Positions 10,470 through 24,187 of a stretch of DNA of 64,000 bases are shown here, piece by piece. Each line of letters begins with the position of its first letter. Position 1 is the first letter of the stretch. Position numbers and translations under genes: made by a program. The notes below the pieces were generated by a model that was given only the letters and a program-made list of their open reading frames with translations, made no database searches and was not told the origin of the DNA. This DNA is from the human T2T-CHM13v2.0 reference genome, Homo sapiens, in NCBI RefSeq assembly GCF_009914755.1, contig NC_060928.1; one strand, written 5' to 3'.

Positions 10470-11801
10470 TGTGAAAGGAAAATAAATCTCAGGAGCCCAA
10501 AATCACTAAAGCAAAGGGAAAAGTCAAGCTGGGTACTGACGTGCATATCTGACTCTCATTCTATTCCTAAATAAGATAGCTATGAAGACAAAAAAAGCTA
10601 CATACCTCCCCCATAATTTGCCGACAAAGAAATTCCTTGCGGACAACGGAGAAACAAAACTCCAAGTCATCCCTTTGGTTAAGTGAGACACATGCATATC
10701 TGATTGCTTTCTTTATCCTATTGTTTCACTAAGCCAGACTAAGGCACAAGTGACTATGCCTATAAACTGTGTATTCAGTGAAAGGCTAATCAGAAACTCA
10801 GATGAATGCAACCATTTTTCTCTTATCTACCTATGATCTGGAAGCCCCTTCCCTGCTCCAAGTTGTCTTTCTAAATCAAACCAATGTATGTCTTACATGT
10901 GAGGACTAAACTCTGATTTTTTTTTTTTTAATTTTGCCCAAATTCCTGTGTAAGGGGCCTGGGGAGTTATGCCCTACAAATCATAAATTCTCATCAGATA
11001 GGTTTTATTTAACCCTATATATCCTGACTCTGGCATAACATTATGAGACAAAGAAGATAAAAATATTTTACCCTAAAACATGTTTCTTTGCCATTTTTTG
11101 AAATGGCCCTGCAAAGCTGTTCTTTGTGGGGGAAAATTTGCATCTTTAAAGAATCTTTTTTAAGATAGCTAGACATTTTTCTTCTAGACCCTCCCAATCC
11201 TAAAGAGATTAACTAAGGTCTGAATAGGAAACATTTGTCATCTATCATCTCTAAGTGTAAGACTTCAAAAGAACTTTGGTCTCACAATCTTTATCTTAAC
11301 CTGAACATTCCCTTTCTAACAATCCCAGGTCTTTGGACAAACTCACCCAACTGTCAACCAGAAAATATTTAAATTAACCTATAGCCTGGAACCCCCAGCT
11401 TTGAGTTGTTCCGCCTTTCTGGACCAAACTAATGTATTTCTTCAATGTATTAGATTAATATATCATGACTCTCTAAAATGGATAAAACCAAGCTGCACCC
11501 TGACCACCATGGGCACATGCTCTCAGGACCTCCTGAGCGCTGTGTCATGGGCCATGGTCATTTATATTTGGCTCAGAATAAATCTCATCAGATATTTTAC
11601 AGAGTTTGACTCTTTTGATCGAGACAATTATTGATTGACGTATCCTGTCTCCTTGAAATGTAGAAAACCAAGCTATGCCCTGGACACCTTGGGCACATGT
11701 CATCAGCATCTCCTGAGGCTGTGTCACACTCACATCCTTAACCTTGGCAAAATAATCTTTCTAAGTTGACTGAGACTTGTCTCAGATATTCTGGGATCAC
11801 A
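10470..11801 (+). mobile_element. MER4 3' LTR (interrupted at 10900-11626)
   Basis: Starts TGTGAAAGGAAAATAAATCT...AAAGGGAAAAGTCAAGCTGGG; ends ...GATCACA; end matches 512-580. Confidence 0.8.
10900..11626 (+). mobile_element. MER4D/E-type solo LTR nested in the MER4 3' LTR
   Basis: TGAGGACTAAACTCTGATTTT...GCTCAGAATAAATCTC...AGAGTTTGACTCTTTT..GACA; host sequence CTTACATG|TATTGATTG is split around it. Confidence 0.7.
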
Positions 11802-12513
11802 AAGTCAACCCAACCCACAATTTCACCAAACCACTACTTTCCAAATCAGTCCTCAGAACAAGAGTGTAAGAAGATCTGTAAATTGTTGCTCTAATTAAAA
11901 TAAAATAATGGAAATTTGTAGGGTATATTTACAGGGGTGCTGGTTACAACAGCTCCTTTTCAGAGTTCATAAGTACTTTTGCATAGTAAAGATCTGAGCA
12001 GAAAGGAATGTCACCTGGAACTGCTTACTTCTGTTTAATCCAGTTTAATCTAAGTTTACCCTATGAGTGAGAGCCCTTTTCATAGAATGGTTATGCAGAT
12101 CTAGACACTCAGTTTCTCTTGTGTTTGTCTCAGAATTGCTGCCTCATCATCTTAGAAATCCATGTGAACTCAGATGAATCCAGAATATGCAAACTTTACA
12201 GAACTCACTCTTGGTTGCTGCTGAGCTTGTATCAGCCAGGTTATAACCATATTGACCTTCTTTCTGTTACTGTTTTCTGTTTACAGTTGCACTCATCTTA
12301 TCCATTTACTTCTCTAAATCTTCTCACATACCAGTTCTCAGCACAGCAAACTCTTTCAACCTCACAGAACTCAACATCCCTTCATTTACTTCCCTGTCTT
12401 TGCTCATGCCATTTTCTCTACCCACTTATCTGCTGTCTCACACCCCACGTTGCCTAAAAAAATCCTGTTTGTTATTAGGATTCAGTTTCCAGGATTAACA
12501 AAGTTGGGCAACT

Positions 12514-12741
12514 GGCCTGGTGTGGTGGTTCACATCTGTAATTCCAGCACTTTGGGAGGCTGAGGCAGGTAGATTGTTTGAACCCTGGAGTTTGAAGCCA
12601 GCATGGACAACATGGCAAAACCACTTCTCTACAAAAAACACAAAAATTAGCCAGGCGTGTTAGCACTGGCCTGTAATCCTAGCTACTCAGGGAGGTAAAC
12701 TGGGAGTATCCATTGAGTTTGGGATTCTGAGGCTGCAGTGA
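12514..12741 (+). mobile_element. Old Alu (AluJ-like), 3'-truncated
   Basis: GGCCTGGTGTGGTGGTTCACATCTGTAATTCCAGCACTTTGGGAGG...GAGGCTGCAGTGA; no tail. Confidence 0.8.
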
Positions 12742-12759
12742 AAGCTGCTCTGGAGCTCA

Positions 12760-14700
12760 GGAGAAATAACTACAAGTTCTGCTGGTGCTACAGATATGTC
12801 TGGTAGCTAAAGGTGCTCTACTGGAGCTCCCATAAGCTTCAGGAGGAGAGTCACAACATAGACTCTATTGATATTCATTCGATACTTGAAATATAGCCTG
12901 TGTCATGCCAAGAGGCTCTGGTAGAGACTCTGTGCCTGACCATAAGAAATCAAGTGGCTGAGAAAACACAGATGTCTATCATAAGCCTGGTGTTTTCAGG
13001 CTGACCAAGTCATAAGTTTGGTTCAGCACTCACCATCCTTAGGTACTGAAAATGGTGTATTTGAAATTGGGACTTAGCTGATGGTCCTGATGCTTATAAT
13101 ACCCACCTGTTTCATGGATGTCTGTCCTTCAACTTATTGTCTTCAACAATATGCAGAGTTCCCTGCAATGGGCTGATAGAAGAAGAAAAACTCAGGCCTG
13201 GTTCATTGATTTGACAGAAGCCAAAAATGGATCTCTGCTTCAGCATATCCCTGCCTAGCATACCTCCAAGGACAAAGGTAAGGAGAAATCTTTCCAATGG
13301 GAGTGTGTAGGTGGGTGTACAGGTAGAGCATCCAGCTGCTCAGTTTTTAAGGTTGGAGGAGTGGCTTGAAGTAAGAATATATATGGTTTCCTGGTCTGTG
13401 GTGAATAGCTTCTCTGGTTGGTCAAGGATCTGGAAGAAGGAAGTTTCGAACATTCATGTTTGGAACATGAATCTAAAGGAGTGAGGACAAAGCATGCAGA
13501 TTTTGGGTACTCATATCATTGCCAACTAGAGTATCCACATCAGAGAAAAAAAATGTCAATCAGAAGAAGGAGATGACCTACCCAGTGGATTATAGCCAAC
13601 CACTGTCATTAACTTGAGCAATAAACCCAAGAAAGGACTAACCATAGGGTCAGGATGGAGTGTGGGATTCTTTTTATCAAAGCTGATCCAGCACCTGCTG
13701 CTAAATGCCAATCTGTCAGCAAAAAGCATGGAGCCATCCCTTGAGTAGAGCAACTGGACACATGATACAGGTTAAGTTTATTGGATTCCCTTCATTCTGG
13801 AGGAGACTGCATTAAATCTCTACTAGACTTAATAAATACTCCAAATATTAATTGATTCTTTCCTTCCTGCCTGATCTTTGTTAGAATTACTATAAGTCAT
13901 TCATAAATGACTGAATTCATACCATGGACCACCATATATAATTCCCCTACACTCATTTTCTCAGCAACAATTTGAAACAATTGTTCTAATACCCTATGAT
14001 CTACTGATTCTAACCTATATTACCATAATATCCAAAAGTAGCTCACCTAAAAGAATAATGCAGAGGCCTATTAATGTCTTGGTTAAGATGCTAGCTTTGG
14101 AATGGCATGTTGTGTGTTTGGCATGTGCTCTTCCAGGTTACAGTAGAACAACGGAAATTGTGGCTAACTCATGGTTCTATGTCCCTATTAGGTAGAATAT
14201 GTAGATCTGAAAACCAAGAAGTCAAGTGAATGTGTGATTAGTTCCCCACAACTTTAGGCTCTAATAGGTTAGATTACTGTATTCCAAGAAGTTGGTTGTA
14301 GGGGTAAAGGTTAAACCAGTAAAGGTTCTACTGAACCTGAAGATACACTACCACTTGGTAATTTTAATCCTAACGGCAGTCAAACACCAATCAAGAGAGA
14401 AGTTTTATTATAATAATGGGAGTATTGGACCCTGAATCTGATGAGGATCTTGGGTGTCTGCTGTGCAATGGAAAAAGTGGGGAGTATTTTTAAACCTCAG
14501 GGAAGTCACTGGGGTATCATTAGGTGCCTTGAGATAGTAGAGGCTTAGAGGTAATAGTAAATAGGCAATTGCAGCAAACATCCTGAAAAGGCAAAGAAAC
14601 AAAAGGCTCAGGTATTCAGGTATGAGGGTTAGGCTCAACCCACCAGACTAGCAGTTTGGGGTAAATGAAATGAAGTGTCAAGCAAAGGGAGGAAACTGTA
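12760..14700 (+). mobile_element. Ancient ERV-L-class internal (pol) fossil
   Basis: Degenerate motifs resembling SHKVG..QHS...KW, EEEK.RAWF.D, KD.G..KS.QW, Y..SW.V.N...GWS..WK, A.C..CQ, HH.E...LK, GM.V...PP in the correct order. Confidence 0.7.
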
Positions 14701-15574
14701 AAAGTGGACAGTGGAGGAAGATGATTTTTTTAGAATAACATATAAAATAATGCAGAATACAAAGAAGATAATGAATAATTTTACTTGTGAACAAATTGAT
14801 TAGGGGAGAGTAGAAAGGCCAGTAATAGAAAAAAAGAGAAAGTCTGTATGTTTTAACAGGATGGAAGAATGAGAACATGAGTACAGATGGATGTAAGCCA
14901 GAGTCTTGATGGCAGGAAGATAAAGACATGCTTATAGGCATCATGCAATGTTAGCTGTGGCCATTGATTACCATTGCGTGTGGGCATAGAGAATGCTGAT
15001 GTTTTTAGCGGGGAGACAAATATGTGAAACAGTTTTCTGGGAGAGGACAAAATGAACTATTTAGAAAGCATGGTTTCTTATTTAGAACAAGATGATTGTT
15101 GGAGAATGGGATACTTAAAATAGATATCTTAGAGGCTGAGCAGTTATAGATGGAACAGAATCCAGTGTAAGACTATGTGAGTGCACATGAGAAAATGGGA
15201 ATGAGAAGAGACAAGGTCACTGGAGCTGGAATGTCTAGAAAATACAGTCCAGGGTATTGGATTGTATCATCATGGTTGTGGTTAAGGCCACCAATAATGT
15301 GAGCAGGAGTTATTGGTAGAGAAAGACAGTCAGCCAGATGCTAAACACATCAATGAATAAGGGTTACTGACTAGTGAGAAGTTGATGACAGCAATAAAAA
15401 AGAAGAGAAAAATGGGTGATAAAATTTAATGACAGAAACTTAAAAGCTTTTTTTTATAGCTAGTGAAGAAATAGTTTTGAAGTTGCAATGAGAAGTAAGC
15501 AGAAAAAGTATTCCACTGCAAGAACTGACTAGAGCTTAAAGAAAACCAAAAAGCATTTTTTTCTCTGACTCTCA

Positions 15575-15700
15575 CATCCCATACACACATATGTGTTTCT
15601 GTGTGTGTATATATACACATATGTGTGTGTGTGTTTATATTCACATATATGTTACCTGTATGATACGTAATTATGTGAATATGTATACTCTCACTCAAAC
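15575..15700. repeat. (CA/TG/TA) low-complexity tract
   Basis: Alternating purine-pyrimidine runs. Confidence 0.7.
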
Positions 15701-16037
15701 AGAGTTATGTAATGACAATAATTATTTTTAAAATATTTCTATGATAATATGGGATATTCATTTTCTATGCCAACTATTGATAGGTATATTATTTCAATAT
15801 TTATAGCTAATTTATAAATTTTATACCTATCTAATTGATATACGCCTCCGTATGCATTTACATGGATTAGATGTGTGCATGTTTCTATGGATATTTTCAT
15901 TTGCTCTCCTAAGTTTTTCCCTTCCAAAACCATGTTTGGACAGTTCAAGTAGATGAGTTGTGACTCCATTTTTTTTTTTTTTTTTAGAAATAGACATGCA
16001 ATGACTTGAACAAGACAGGTGAAAGAATGGAGAGCCT

Positions 16038-16104
16038 GGGGGTGGGGGGGCAGGAAAGGTGGACAGAGGGAGCGGGGTGGGGGGCGGGGGACAGGGGGAG
16101 CGGG
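16038..16104 (+). other. G-quadruplex-forming G-run cluster with GC box
   Basis: Eight runs of 3 or more G; GGGGCGGGG at 16081-16089. Confidence 0.7.
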
Positions 16105-19100
16105 ATGCAGGAGAAAGTGTTGCTGACACCATTGATTGCCTGCTTTCTTTATTACTCTAGCCCCAATGTTTATCAGCCAGGCTTGGCTTCAGGAGCATTT
16201 GTTCTCCCCAAACCAAAATGTGATTTTTAACTGGATTAGAACGTTCCTGATACTTTTCCTCCCTAGCCAATGACTAGTGGTCACATGATTCCAACACACA
16301 ACCCAAGAGAAAATCCACTGAGGACACTTCTGAGAATGATTTTTGTCTCATTGAAAAATGAGTCTTTTGAGAGAATGGGGGGAGGGTGATGATCTCTGAT
16401 TCTGGCTTCCAGGTATGATGTCTGGAAGCACCATAGCCACATTGGAACCAGGGTTAGATTTTTCCCCATGGGAAAAGCTACACTATAAAGAGCAAACAGT
16501 GTGAAAAGTAATTTTTGATATCAAGGATGAGGTTCAAAATTCAAATAACAAAAAATATGTCTTTTACCCATCTTATTTAGCACAATAATTTCCCATTAAT
16601 ATGTAGTTCAATTAGTATTCTATTAGTTGTACTTTCCCTTCTCTCTAGTGCCACTAGATAATCCTATTACTAGTACTGGATACAATGTGTTAACCAAAAT
16701 TAAAAGGCAATTACGTTTTTAAATAAACAGACGTTTTTGGGCTGAATATTAGACTGGTAATAATGTGTCGTTAAAAACTATCATTCTAAAGGAAGTTAAA
16801 CTGAGGGCCTAAAGGCCACTCTGAAGTATATATACATGTCATGGCAAAGAAACCCACATTATAATAATAAAAATGAAATAGCACTATTTTAACATTATAT
16901 TGGTTATATTTTAATACAAAAATATATATCAATTATGATTAATAATATAATGTATAATAATGTAATATATAATAATATATTAGATATTATAACATATAAT
17001 GATATTGATGATTACATTTAATAATAAAGTAAGAATGAGGGTGCCTAACATGCTTGTAGGACTTTTCTCTCAAAGCGCTTCTTAAGTCATTTCCTTTAAC
17101 CTAGAAACCAGTCTTCCAGCTCCCTTTCTAGTGATCTTTCTACTACTGCCTTCTGCTCTTATAAATCTCACAGTGTAAGGAGACAGGAAGATTCATAGAG
17201 CATGCAAATTTTTGTTTCCCTTCTGTTTGACTACACACCATTATTATTTTTTTCAGAGCAGGTAGGAAGAGACTAAATGTAAATAATAGCAATGCTTTCA
17301 GTCTGTGAAACTCCTGAGAATTGTGAATCTGTCTCCATAAGATGATGAAGGACGAAACAGTGATATAGAGAGTGAGGGCTTGGCAAAGAGTCTCATCTGG
17401 TGCCTTTTAGACAGGTGACACATCATCTCTGGATTTAGGATGATGGCTGATGTGCCAGAGCATATCTACATTGATAGTTCCCGCAGAGTGGTAAAAAAGA
17501 CAGTGGGAGGGCTGGAGTAAGAACAAGAGGACATTTTTTCATTGACTCCCACCACAAGTGAAACAATATACGAAGTGATTTTATGTGTCTCCTGTGTATG
17601 TGTTTCTGTGTTTGTCTGTCTGTGTATATCTAAATTGACAGTAATTATGTATACAATTCCTGCTAAGATCCTCTCTTAAATACTGCCTCAGGAATTTTGG
17701 CCGTTACATCCACCAGCTGAGATGACCTCCCGGCACATAATAGCTCCAAAAAAGATAATTCTTAAAATAATGAGTGAATATTAGATGTGGAAAGTGATTT
17801 AAAGGCCATCTAAGCCATCTGTTTCACAGAGAAGAATTTAAGAGCTATATATATTGTCACTAGTCCAAAGTTACATAAATGGCAGCAGAACTGGGATTCA
17901 AATGTTTTTAAATTAAGAGAATAAGCCGAAAACCTGTACCTCATTCAGGCTGTTCATATGTACGAAGGCTCATCCATACCACACGGGTCAGCCATCCAGC
18001 AACAGCCACATGAAAAAAAAATAGTGCAGAATGTAAGAGACCCAAGAATCTGAAGAAAAGGGTATACTGATGGATGAGAGGTGGTCATAAAGTAATTAAT
18101 TTTTGTTCACCATTTTATAATTTTCAAAGAGTACTTAATACCTTATATCTTTAAATGCAAAGCAAATATTGCTATTTCCAATTTACTAAAGAGGCTACTA
18201 GGGCTAATGACTCTCAAATAGTGGTCAAAGCCCACCGTTGGGAAAGGGAAGCTGGGCCCAGAACCCAGGTCCTTACACTTTGATCCATAACACCACACTG
18301 TCTTTTTCATACAAAGCAGCTTCCATCTGTGGTAGCGTTCTATTTCTATCGCAGAGTACTGCTCTAACTCACTTCCTCATGACCAGTTTAGAGAACACAT
18401 GTTGAGATGGTAGCATTATAATACACAAAAAAAGTCAGGATTTATGAGTCACCTGGAATTTCAGGAAACAAGAAATTGTGTGGGCAAGAAATTAGCTTGT
18501 TTTGTTGTTTTTTTAAGCCATTGACTTTTAAAGGTTGTTCATTAGCAGAGAATAACCTAGTCTATGTTAACTAATTAAGTTCATTTACACTCTTAGGGAG
18601 TTGATTTAAAAATTGGATGAGATAAAAGATGTGAAAATGTTGAAAAACTCTAAATATTATTTTGTTTTTAATCCTGCAGCTGTGTTTCAGTGAAATCATT
18701 GGTGGTTATAAACAAGTCTGGGCATCATAGCTGACTTTACTCAGTGGATATTATTCATTCCTACAAGAAAAATTACAAGCTTAATATGTCGAATTATGAT
18801 TTCAATTTTAATTTGGCAGAAAAGTCAAGCTCTCACACCAGAAAAACACAGCCGGAATGGGATTTGTGGAAAGCAAAGTAAGCTTTTTAAGGTTTTCTTG
18901 GGCCTCTACGTTCTACTGCCCAATCCAGGGTCAGACACATAATGGCCATCAATACATTTTTATTTCTAAGACTACAGACTCTTCTTTGGTTCATGTTCTA
19001 AATATCTTATTAGGATTGGTCAAACATATCAATGTGTTTGATACTACATATGGCAGGCTTAAAGTAATAAAAATTTACCGGCTAAGTTACTAAGTTATTG

Positions 19101-19539
19101 TAAAACAAAAAAGAAAACAAAACAAAACAGGATTTTAGCCAAAGCTGCCTATATTCACAGCAGAGATCTGAACCACTTGTTTACACTGAGGTGATGTGGA
19201 GTGTCTCCCAGTACCTCTGAAACTAGAAAAGTCTATATGTTCTCCCACATTAAGCAGGCCAAAAAGTATTTTGTTCAGAGCTTATGGATTCCTGAATAAT
19301 CCAAATATAATCTGTACAACTTTTAAGGGAACAAAATCAATTGATAGTTAATGATGAAAAAAGATGATAGCAAGTTTTAAAAATGCTCAAAATAGATCAG
19401 AATGGAGACAACACTTTAAAAATCGTAAGGTACACTGCTTTACAATAAACAATGAGATAATCTTGGTATTTAACATCATAATTTTTGCATTTTTTTGCTG
19501 TAAATTATTTGTAATTTATTGAATAGTAATATTAATGAT

Positions 19540-19760
19540 ACTAAAGTTCATACTGAGATTTCACTAAAAGTCAGAAAATGTGCAGGGCAGTTACATATAT
19601 TAACCCATTTAATTTTCACAACCACCACAGGAGGTAAGTAAATATATTTATTCCTATCTTACAAGGAAATTGAGGTCCCCAACAGTTATATAACTTGCTT
19701 TAAGGTTTTCTAACTGCTAAGTGGTGGAGAAAGGCTTTGAACTAGGAACATACGTTGCCA
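19540..19760 (-). mobile_element. MIR fragment
   Basis: TTTCACAACCACC.CAGGAGGTA...TATTCCTATCTTACA.GGAAATTGAGG...GTTATATAACTTGC MIR core. Confidence 0.6.
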
Positions 19761-20637
19761 GTTTTTCTCCCATTGTCTATGAGATATCAGAAGTCTAAAA
19801 CTTATGAGATCTCTCAATTTCTAACTTTCAGCAGCTAATTCAAATGTTTTAAAACTTATATGTAGGCCCGATTTTTCCCATATGCTGCTAGATTGTGATC
19901 TTTGTTTTATGCAGTAAGAACAGATGACTGTTATAAAATGCAAAAAGAGGTAGTTTAGAAGACTTGCAAAACTTGTCAGCCATCCCCTTTTTTAATGATG
20001 ATTTTAACTCAATCAACATTGTACATTTTCTTCCTCAGCCCAGAAAGAATTAAAGTTTCAAAATGCCTATTCATTTGACAAGTACCCCTCCACCCAGCCT
20101 GCCCACAGAGAAATAGGAGAGGTAAAATAAGGCATAAATAGCTACTCAGAGACACCATGCAGACAGTAAAAGGAAGGACCCAGGGAGTGTCTATGTAAGT
20201 GGAGGAGCCTCCGAAAATGTTGGAGGAACGATCCTGGGAGGAGCAGCAACATTTTACCCTCTTCTTACATTTCTGATTAACCCTTAGAATCATGTACAAG
20301 TGCTAGAGAATGTGAGTATCCACCCAGTGTCTCAGTCTAGGCTTACAGTTTTTCTTCAATAAAATATAAGATTTCAAATGGGAACTAATAATTTGCTGAT
20401 ATTTAAAAGAGACACTGTAAAGCACCTAGTTTTTATCTCTATATGTTAAGAGGTAAAAATTCGAATATAGACAGTGAAATCATTTGGATGAAAGTCAAAA
20501 TATTGATCTTATTGATGGAATGTCTGAAATTGAGTTTGTAACTAACCTATGTCAGTGTCTAAAATAGACTTTTAAGTACTTTGCTGCTGGCCACTCGATT
20601 TTGGTTCCATATTCATGTGAAGAGGTTCTAAAAATTC

Positions 20638-20982
20638 AGTCCCCAGGGTCTATATTTCCATCTTTATGTCTGTGTGTATCCAATGCTTAGTTCCCACTTA
20701 TAAGTGAGGACATGTGATATTTGGTTTTCTGTTTATGCATTGGTTCACATAGGATAATGGCCTTCAGCTGCATCCATGTTACTGAAAAGGACATGATTTC
20801 ATTATTTTGCACAGCTGTATAGTATTCCGTAGATTATATATACTATATTTTCTTTATATAAAGATGATGAACCCCTGGGTTGATTCCCATTACTGGGTAC
20901 ATACCCAAAGGAAAATGAATTGTTCACCAAAGGGATGCATTTACCCATAAATTATCACAGTGCTATTTACAACAGCGAAAAA
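20638..20982 (-). mobile_element. Short L1 (L1PB/old L1PA type) fragment with 5' inversion
   Basis: Antisense ORF2-end/3'UTR 20638-20887 fused to sense piece CCCATTACTGGGTA...ACAACAGCGAAAA. Confidence 0.75.
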
Positions 20983-21675
20983 TCATCTATTGTTAAAGGC
21001 AGAACTAACTGGCCCTGACTCCAGTATCCTTTTGACGTGAGAACAGAGGCAAAGCATAATGACCATGTTGTTTGAGTAGAAAGATTCATAAGAGGCTACA
21101 GAAGGCTTGAGCTACAGAGGAGCAGCAGTTATTTTTCCCAATTACACTAATACTACAAGTCACTACTTTGTAACAAATGAGTAAAGAAACGGGGGGAAGT
21201 ACACAAGCCATTTCACCAATCCTTACAAGAGGTTTGGCTCAGGGAAGAATGTGGAGAGGGGACAAGAATGTTTTATCTTAACCTAGCTCATCATAAATTG
21301 CTTGATGCTAACCTTGTCTTTCATAGAAAGAAAATATCCAGGTCCTTGAATCTCTGAATCCCTACTAATTTTTAATATCACAGATCCCAGAGGATGATAT
21401 GCAGGTGTCACTCCAGGTGAAGATTTAAATTGTTTTATAATAGGACTTTAGCCATAAGTCTTTAGTTTGTCTTCTTCCATGTAATCTAGACTTATCTACA
21501 TATGAACCTCAATTTCTTTACTCTTTCTAGCCTATGACCTCAACTGCCTGCTGACCAACTATATCAGAATCCTTTGAAATAAGCCCCAGCATTGGGATTT
21601 TAAGAAAACTCTTCTAGCTACAGTTGAGAGCCACAGATCTCTGGACTATGAAAGTAAAACATTAAAAGCCTGTGT

Positions 21676-22041
21676 TGCATTAGTCCATTTTCATACTGCT
21701 ATGAAGAAATACCTACGACTGGGTAATTGAAAAAGAAAAAGAGGTTTAATGGACTTACAGTTCCACATGGCTGGGGAGGCCTCAGAATCATGGCAGAATG
21801 TGAAGGAGGAGCAAAAGCACGTCTTAAAACATGGTGGCAGGCAAGACAGTGTGTGCAGAACTGCCCTTTATAAAACCATCAGATCTCATAAGACTTATTC
21901 ACTATCATGAGAATAACATGGGAATCCCCCCCTCCACCATGATTCAATTACCTCTTACCTGGTCCCTCTCACGACATGTGGGGATTATGGGAACTACAAT
22001 TCAAGATAAGATTTGGGTGGAGACAGAGCCAAACTATATCA
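21676..22041 (-). mobile_element. THE1 (C-like) solo LTR
   Basis: TGCATTAGTCCATTTTCA...GCCAAACTATATCA; TSD TGTGT/TATGT. Confidence 0.88.
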
Positions 22042-22989
22042 TATGTGGTCACAGACCTAAATTGCACATCCCAATTCAAGTGAAGTATCCTTCTTGGATG
22101 TGATTTTTTAGCACCTATTCTGACCATGAGCTGTTGAGTTCTCAGTGTTCTGAAGGCTGAGGGAAGAAGGATGCTTCTTACTCAGTGTACAGATGGTCTA
22201 AACAGCCTCCTTTTACCTGGGCTGCCCCATCAAGGAGCTGTCCCATAGGAGGCAATTGTGGACCTGACATGGTGCACTAGTCCCATGGGAAACTGGGGAA
22301 ATGCTGAGACATTACCAAAAGGCCGTAGGCCAAGAGAGACAATTCAAGGAGGAAAAGAATATACAGCTTCCAAAGAGGTCCTAAAAGTACCCAATGTATT
22401 TGCAGAACAAACTGGAACTTTATTATCTAAGAACTTGGAACAGTCATATTCTTAGGAGTGGGGAGGGTAATTTGATCTCCTTCCAGAAGTGTAAGTATCC
22501 TAGTAATACTGGCATTATAGATAGTGAGTAGTAAACATATTTTATCCTAATTGCCATGTATAAGTTTGCATTTTTACCCTTATTGTGAATTTCACAAATG
22601 TAAATATATATGTGATTGATTAAATGTATTTACTTATAGCATCAATTGAGAAAAGTGATGTTCAGCTAAAATGGACATTATAGGTAACAAGAAAATTAAA
22701 AGTGCCTTCTGGGAAGAGGTAGTTATGTGCTATACCAATATTCTAAACTACCTAATGAGAAAGAAAAAAAAGAATCTGTGTTTGTTTCAATTTTGGATAA
22801 AAGGATTTAAGCAGAAATTCATGGAAGGAAAGGATCAGCCATGAACCTTGCTGCCATATAGCCCTTCTTTCTTGCCATCCTGACTAAATCAGGGGTTGCA
22901 CAGTACCCATTCTGTTGGAATATGTATTTTTAAATAAACATTGATAGAAAAGAAAAGAATATTGGGAAAAAACATACATTTCAAATCTC

Positions 22990-23322
22990 TGTTAGTTACC
23001 AGAGACTAGGCAAAGTGTGGGGTCGGAAGAATGAAGAGAGGTTGGTTAATGGGTACAAACGCACAGTTAGATAGAAGGAAGAAATTCTAGTGTTCAATGA
23101 CACATCAGAGTAACTGTAGTTAACAACAATATATTGTGTATTTCAAAATAGCTAAAAGAAGATTTCAAATGTTCCCAACACAAAGAAATGATAAATGTCC
23201 TAGGTGATGGATATTTCAAATGCCTTGATTTGATGATTTCACATTGTATACCTGTATCAAATATTATGTGTACCCCCTAAAAATGTATAACCATTATGTA
23301 TCAACTAAAAATAAAAAAATTA
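22990..23322 (+). mobile_element. L1MA-type 3' end
   Basis: GGTTAATGGGTACAAA...GTTCCCAACACAAAGAAATGATAAATG...A-rich tail. Confidence 0.75.
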
Positions 23323-23513
23323 ACCTGAAAATGGTACTATATGAAATAAAATATTTCCATCACACTGAAAACAATCTGCATTCCACAAATAGTTTTAATA
23401 TTGTGTTGATTTGGGTTATAATCTGAAGTCTGACTCTATATTAGTCTGTTCTCATGCTGCTATAAAAAACTGTCCAAGACTGGGTGATTTATAAAGGAAA
23501 GAGGTTTAACTGA

Positions 23514-24187
<674 letters not shown>

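Noticed and set aside
16900-17030. Extremely AT-rich stretch as a structured element
   Set aside because: Simple (TA/TAA) low complexity with no discernible unit or termini
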